Source of the DNA: Candidatus Poribacteria bacterium
GTDB taxonomy: Bacteria > Poribacteria > WGA-4E > WGA-3G
Reading direction: 5' to 3'
NCBI GenBank assembly: GCA_965246985.1
Contig: OZ251998.1
Span: 4,063,381 to 4,127,380, forward strand
DNA: 64,000 nucleotides
Made by a program: the position numbers and the translations under genes. The notes beneath the pieces are model-generated. The model did not search any database and had not been told where the DNA came from. It worked only from the letters and a program-made list of their open reading frames with translations. Positions 59,301 to 64,000 of this stretch are shown piece after piece (position 1 is the first letter of the stretch; every line of letters begins with the position of its first letter).

Positions 59301-59873
59301 ATGTCACGTATTGGACTAAAACCGATTCCATTACCCGACAAAGTACAGGTCGCTTTAAATGAAAGCGATGTACAGGTTGAGGGACCCAAAGGTAGTCTCA
59401 ATTGGAAACTTCCAGATGGAATCGACGCGACGCTTGAGGAAAACGTCCTAACCGTCCAAAGAATCAGTGAACTCAAACAGCACAAAGCCTTGCATGGATT
59501 GGCGCGCAGCCTCATCGCCAACATGGTTACCGGGGTTTCAGAGGGTTTTGAGAAAAAACTGCGTGTGGTGGGGACCGGCTACCGTGCCGAAGTCAATCGT
59601 GAGAACAATTTGGTTCTTAATGTCGGCTATTCACACTCCGTCACTTACACGCCACCTGAGGGTATCACGCTTAGTGTTGAAGCCTCTGAAACAATAGATG
59701 GGCAAGCACACACGCCTATTGTTGTCAGTGGTATTGATAAACAACTCGTTGGACAGGTAGCAGCTACTATTCGTCAGATCCGGAAACCAGATACTTATAA
59801 ACCTTGTAAAGGTATCCGCTATGATGGCGAGCGCGTCCGAGATAAAGAAGGGAAAGCTGCTGCTGCCGCCTAA
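59301..59873 (+). CDS. rplF: 50S ribosomal protein L6
   Basis: 190 aa. Confidence 0.95.
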   Translation: MSRIGLKPIPLPDKVQVALNESDVQVEGPKGSLNWKLPDGIDATLEENVLTVQRISELKQHKALHGLARSLIANMVTGVSEGFEKKLRVVGTGYRAEVNRENNLVLNVGYSHSVTYTPPEGITLSVEASETIDGQAHTPIVVSGIDKQLVGQVAATIRQIRKPDTYKPCKGIRYDGERVRDKEGKAAAAA

Positions 59874-60241
59874 TGCTGTTATATCTTGCGCAATAGGGCG
59901 AAAATGGTAATAAGGAGTAGTTCCCAAACCGATCTAATTATAGATAATTCTCTATTTTTGGTGACAAATCTGTGGAAACGCCATAAAAAGCAGATTGTCT
60001 TGGGCGAAGTGTATAGCGAAGGAAGTCTTGCTATAACCATAAGACCTCTACAGACATGCTATACCCGCACCATTCACAACGTCGAAGCGGTATAGAAAAG
60101 TGCGACAATTGGTAGTAGAAGATAAAAAAGCGTTAGTGTTTCGGCACTAACTTTGTAGGTTCCACCAATCTGATTGGTGATTGCAAACCGAAGTTTCTAT
60201 AGATTTGTATAGAAATACTCAGGTTCAAAGGAACAGAGCCC

Positions 60242-60610
60242 TTGACACTCATAAAAAAGAAACGGATGAGCCATCTACGACGTCGGAAACGCGTCCGCCA
60301 AAAGATTAGTGGGACCGGTAACAGACCGCGGCTGGCTGTTTTCAGAAGTTTGAAACATATCTATGCGCAACTCATCAACGATGAACTTGGTGTGACAGTC
60401 GCCGAAGCCTCTACTTTGTCACCGGAACTGAAAGAGACGCTTGCAAAAGGTGGAAATATAGCGGCAGCGGAGAGTGTTGGTGCACTTATCGCCCAAAAAG
60501 CCAAGCAGCGAGAAATTGAGGTAGTCGTCTTTGATCGGGGCGGGCATCTCTACCATGGGCGCATAAAAGCCCTCGCAGAAGCTGCGAAGGCTGAGGGACT
60601 TAAGTTCTAA
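60242..60610 (+). CDS. rplR: 50S ribosomal protein L18
   Basis: 122 aa. Confidence 0.9.
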   Translation: MTLIKKKRMSHLRRRKRVRQKISGTGNRPRLAVFRSLKHIYAQLINDELGVTVAEASTLSPELKETLAKGGNIAAAESVGALIAQKAKQREIEVVVFDRGGHLYHGRIKALAEAAKAEGLKF

Positions 60611-60680
60611 ATGCCACATACCGGTTCCTGTACCCCTATATACCCAGTAAACAGGATTAGTACCGGATAGGAGATTTTTT

Positions 60681-61193
60681 TTGCTGAAAGATAGAATTAA
60701 CCCTGATGAATTTGAATTTGAGGAACGCATGATCACAATTAACCGTGTGATGCGAGTCGGTAAAGGGCGGCGAACGCCCAGTTTTAACTCGCTCACGGTT
60801 GTTGGAAATCGTGATGGTATTGTCGGTATCGGATTTGGCAGTGCAAGCGAAGTCGCTGGCGCACTCCGTAAAAGCTTCGCCGATGCTCGAAAAAACCTAA
60901 TTCGTGTACCCATCACCAACGGTACACTCCCGCATGAAATTACCTGCGAATTTAAATCTGCCAAAGTTTTGTTGAAACCCGCAAGTCCTGGAACAGGCAT
61001 TATCGCAGGGCACGCAACACGCGCTATTCTCGAATTCGCAGGGGTCCGAGACGCACTGACAAAATGCCTATCTTCTCGGAACGTGAAAAATATTGCTGAA
61101 GCCACTATGCTTGGGTTGAAGAACCTCAAGGATATCAACGAAGTCGCGCGACTACGAGACCTATCTGTTGAAGAACTACTCAAGAGACGCTAA
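60681..61193 (+). CDS. rpsE: 30S ribosomal protein S5 (TTG start)
   Basis: 170 aa; ...RVMRVGKGRR... Confidence 0.9.
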   Translation: MLKDRINPDEFEFEERMITINRVMRVGKGRRTPSFNSLTVVGNRDGIVGIGFGSASEVAGALRKSFADARKNLIRVPITNGTLPHEITCEFKSAKVLLKPASPGTGIIAGHATRAILEFAGVRDALTKCLSSRNVKNIAEATMLGLKNLKDINEVARLRDLSVEELLKRR

Positions 61194-61296
61194 AAGATAG
61201 TAAAGACTGACGCACTTCAGAATGGTTTGTCCGCGTATACGAAACGCTTGGCTCTAAGCTGCGCTGACAATACGGTTAAGGAATGGAGTAATCCTG

Positions 61297-61773
61297 ATGA
61301 AATTGAATGAACTTAAACCCGCACAGGGTGCAAAACGCTCAAGAAAGCGAGTTGGCAGAGGGAACGCTTCAGGTTGGGGAAAAACCTGTGGACGCGGCCA
61401 TAAGGGACAAAAATCCCGATCCGGTGGTTCAATTCCCGCATGGTTTGAAGGTGGACAGATGCCGCTCGTGCGACGCTTACCGAAGCGAGGACCACGACGA
61501 ATCGCACACAAACGAATTGAGTATGATGTTATCAATGTAGAAACCCTCAATCTTTTCGATGACGCAGCGGTCGTCAGTCCGGAATCCCTTCGCGCAGCAG
61601 GCGTAATTAGACGAAAGAACGCACTGATAAAGATACTCGGCGATGGCGAACTCGAAAAACAACTGAAAGTCCAAGCGCATCGTTTCTCAAAATCAGCGAT
61701 CGAGAAAATTGAATCCAAAGGCGGCACAGCCGAGGTCCTCGGGATGCGCGAAAATACCGACAACGCTGCTTGA
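61297..61773 (+). CDS. rplO: 50S ribosomal protein L15
   Basis: MKLNELKPAQGAKRSRKRVGRGNASG... Confidence 0.95.
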   Translation: MKLNELKPAQGAKRSRKRVGRGNASGWGKTCGRGHKGQKSRSGGSIPAWFEGGQMPLVRRLPKRGPRRIAHKRIEYDVINVETLNLFDDAAVVSPESLRAAGVIRRKNALIKILGDGELEKQLKVQAHRFSKSAIEKIESKGGTAEVLGMRENTDNAA

Positions 61774-61802
61774 GAGTCTGCAGGCGAGGAGGAAAAAAAT
61801 AA

Positions 61803-63134
61803 GTGATTAAGGCATTCCAAAACGCTTTTAAAATCCCCGAATTGCGGAAACGTCTTATTTTTACAGGGTTGCTCTTGATTGTTTACCGACTTGGTGCCCA
61901 CATTACGCTTCCCGGTATCGACGATGTAGCACTTGAGGCGTTTTTTGAACAACTCATGGAGCGTGGGGGCAATGTCATTGGGTTCATCGATCTGTTTTCC
62001 GGGGGCGCATTTAGTCAAATGACGATTTTCGCACTCGGTATACAACCGTATATTAGTGCCTCAATCATTATGCAGCTCCTCGCTGTCATCGTCCCTTCTT
62101 TGGAGAAACTCTCAAAAGAACCTGATGGCAGAAAGAAAATTACGCAGTACACACGATACGGAACTGTTATACTCAGTATCATCCAAGGTATAACGATCAG
62201 TATCGTCTTGCGGAATCCAGAGAACATTACCGGACAAGCAGGCGAGATCGTCAGGGATCCTAACTTATGGTGGCATTTTCTCGTAGTCGTGACACTCACA
62301 GCGGGTACCTCCTTCGTTATGTGGCTTGGTGAGCAAATCACGGAGCGCGGTATTGGACAAGGCATCTCGTTAATCATTACAGTTGGGATTATTGCTGGCT
62401 TACCTGGTGGTGTCACTACTGTTTTAAGCAATTTAGTGACAAGACCAGAATTTGGCATCCTACAACTCGTGATGCTCGTCGGGCTCATTGTAATAGCCGT
62501 TATGGGGACCGTCTTCATCACGCTCTCCGTCCGGAAGATTCCAGTACAATACGGTAGACAGATTCGCGGGCGTAGAGTGATTGGCGGGCAATCAACACAT
62601 CTGCCGCTCAGAGTTAACGCCGCTGGCATGATTCCGATCATCTTTGCTATTACACTTATTCAGTTCCCGCCGACTGTTCTTGACTTTCTTCCACGAGACT
62701 GGGGATGGGTAACAGGCGCGAAAGCACTGATTGATACGGGTACACCGTTGTGGCTTACCTTTTATGCGTTGTTAATCATCGGCTTCACCTATTTTTACAC
62801 AGCCGTGCAAATTAACCCTATCCAAATGGCAGAGGACTTACAGAAATACGGCGGTTTTATCCCCGGTATCCGTGCTGGAAAACAGACTGCTGATTATATC
62901 AATACGACTCTCACACGGATCACGCTGCCGGGCGCAATCTTTCTTGCCGCTATCGCTGTGATTCCTATTATGATCACAGGTTACCTCCAAATCGGTAGTA
63001 TGGTAGACGGTGCCTCTATTTTGATTGTGGTCGGTGTGGTACTCGATACAATGTCACAAATTGAATCCTATTTGACCGTCCGCCATTATGAAGGATTCTT
63101 AAAAGATCGTAAACTCAAGGGCAGACGGCGTTAA
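61803..63134 (+). CDS. secY: Preprotein translocase subunit SecY (GTG start)
   Basis: 443 aa, 10 TM segments, canonical motifs. Confidence 0.95.
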   Translation: MIKAFQNAFKIPELRKRLIFTGLLLIVYRLGAHITLPGIDDVALEAFFEQLMERGGNVIGFIDLFSGGAFSQMTIFALGIQPYISASIIMQLLAVIVPSLEKLSKEPDGRKKITQYTRYGTVILSIIQGITISIVLRNPENITGQAGEIVRDPNLWWHFLVVVTLTAGTSFVMWLGEQITERGIGQGISLIITVGIIAGLPGGVTTVLSNLVTRPEFGILQLVMLVGLIVIAVMGTVFITLSVRKIPVQYGRQIRGRRVIGGQSTHLPLRVNAAGMIPIIFAITLIQFPPTVLDFLPRDWGWVTGAKALIDTGTPLWLTFYALLIIGFTYFYTAVQINPIQMAEDLQKYGGFIPGIRAGKQTADYINTTLTRITLPGAIFLAAIAVIPIMITGYLQIGSMVDGASILIVVGVVLDTMSQIESYLTVRHYEGFLKDRKLKGRRR

Positions 63135-63159
63135 GCGCTTTCACCTGAAAGAGGATACT

Positions 63160-63276
63160 ATGAAAGTCAGAGCTTCTGTTAAAAAGATGTGTAACCAGTG
63201 TAAAATTATTAAGCGAAAAGGAATTATCCGAGTTATTTGTCCTTCAAACCCGAAGCACAAACAGCGACAAGGCTAA
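63160..63276 (+). CDS. rpmJ: 50S ribosomal protein L36 (38 aa; absent from the supplied ORF track)
   Basis: Hand translation [38 protein letters not shown] with a C-x2-C...C...H zinc ribbon. Confidence 0.9.
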   Translation: MKVRASVKKMCNQCKIIKRKGIIRVICPSNPKHKQRQG

Positions 63277-63384
63277 CTCTTTCACACCTTCCGAATGACA
63301 CTCCGATGCTACCGAGTTCGCTGAAAATTGACGATTGCCAGTGAAACTTGGAGATTCAGAGGATAGCACAAAAGGAGAATACGC

Positions 63385-63777
63385 ATGGCACGGATTGCAG
63401 GGGTTGATTTACCCCGAGACAAACGGATAGACATCGCACTGACAGCAATTTACGGCATCGGTCGCTACACCGCATCGCAAATTGTCACCAACCTTGACAT
63501 TGATCCGGCAAAAAAAGTTGACACGCTCGCTGAAAACGAGATTAGTCAACTCCGAGACCAAATTCAAGACTATAAGATTGAAGGGGACTTGCGACGCGAA
63601 ATCGATCAGAATATTAAACGGCTGATGGATATCAACAGTTATCGCGGCTTACGGCATCGTCGGCAATTGCCTGTCCGCGGCCAGCGCACGAATACAAACG
63701 CTCGCACCCGTAAGGGAAAAGCAAGAACTATCTCTGTCGGCAGAAAAGCCAAAGAGACAGCACGCAAGAGCGGCTAA
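63385..63777 (+). CDS. rpsM: 30S ribosomal protein S13
   Basis: [14 protein letters not shown]... Confidence 0.95.
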   Translation: MARIAGVDLPRDKRIDIALTAIYGIGRYTASQIVTNLDIDPAKKVDTLAENEISQLRDQIQDYKIEGDLRREIDQNIKRLMDINSYRGLRHRRQLPVRGQRTNTNARTRKGKARTISVGRKAKETARKSG

Positions 63778-63909
63778 TGAGAAGTGGTTGTCAGTTTTCA
63801 GTCATCGGTTTTTGGATAAGAGAACGCTTTGCTTACCGATCACTGATGCTTATTGAAGACTAACAGCTGAAAACCGATTGCTGAAGACGCATAAGAAAGG
63901 AGAATCGTT

Positions 63910-64000
63910 TTGCGTGGAAGAAGAAGAGAACGCAAAAATGTACCTGAGGGTATAGCACACATCCAAGCTACCTTCAATAATACAATTATTACGATCACAG
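63910..64000 (+). CDS. rpsK: 30S ribosomal protein S11, 5' part only (TTG start; runs off the window)
   Basis: Hand translation (M)[29 protein letters not shown]; AAAGGAG Shine-Dalgarno upstream. Confidence 0.8.
   Translation, partial: MRGRRRERKNVPEGIAHIQATFNNTIITIT

Overview
This 64-kb window comes from a bacterium and splits into two very different parts. Both calls below are based only on reading the given six-frame translations and on recognising repeats by eye; no searches or computations were run.

The first ~46 kb is accessory-like and full of mobile DNA. It holds two different IS630-family elements, an IS1595-family element that has been split by one of those IS630 copies (which itself carries a partial tandem duplication), an IS982-family element and an ISAs1-family element. 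There are also at least three families of miniature inverted-repeat elements (MITEs): two derived from the two IS630 elements and one unrelated family with 16-bp CAATAGGACTTACGCA termini. These sit among a MoxR-type AAA+ ATPase operon, a tandem array of related membrane-protein genes (two of them broken by insertions), an LpxL-like acyltransferase, a C-terminal processing protease, an ABC ATPase beside a large membrane protein of unknown function, a glutamate-carboxypeptidase-like peptidase, an orphan response regulator, a secreted protein with two haem-binding motifs, leucine-rich-repeat and cohesin/dockerin surface-protein fragments, a WD40 propeller, a PIN-type toxin with an unusual neighbour, a tRNA-Arg, and a thyA...folA region that contains three inserted genes.

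The last ~18 kb is the conserved str-S10-spc ribosomal-protein cluster, running from rpsL/rpsG/fusA/tuf through secY, rpmJ, rpsM and the start of rpsK. No L30 gene lies between S5 and L15, S14 is the short zinc-ribbon type, and L36 is present but missing from the ORF track.

I found no CRISPR array, no rRNA and no recognisable canonical defence system. The most unusual features are the nested and miniaturised transposon landscape and several uncharacterised gene clusters, flagged below.
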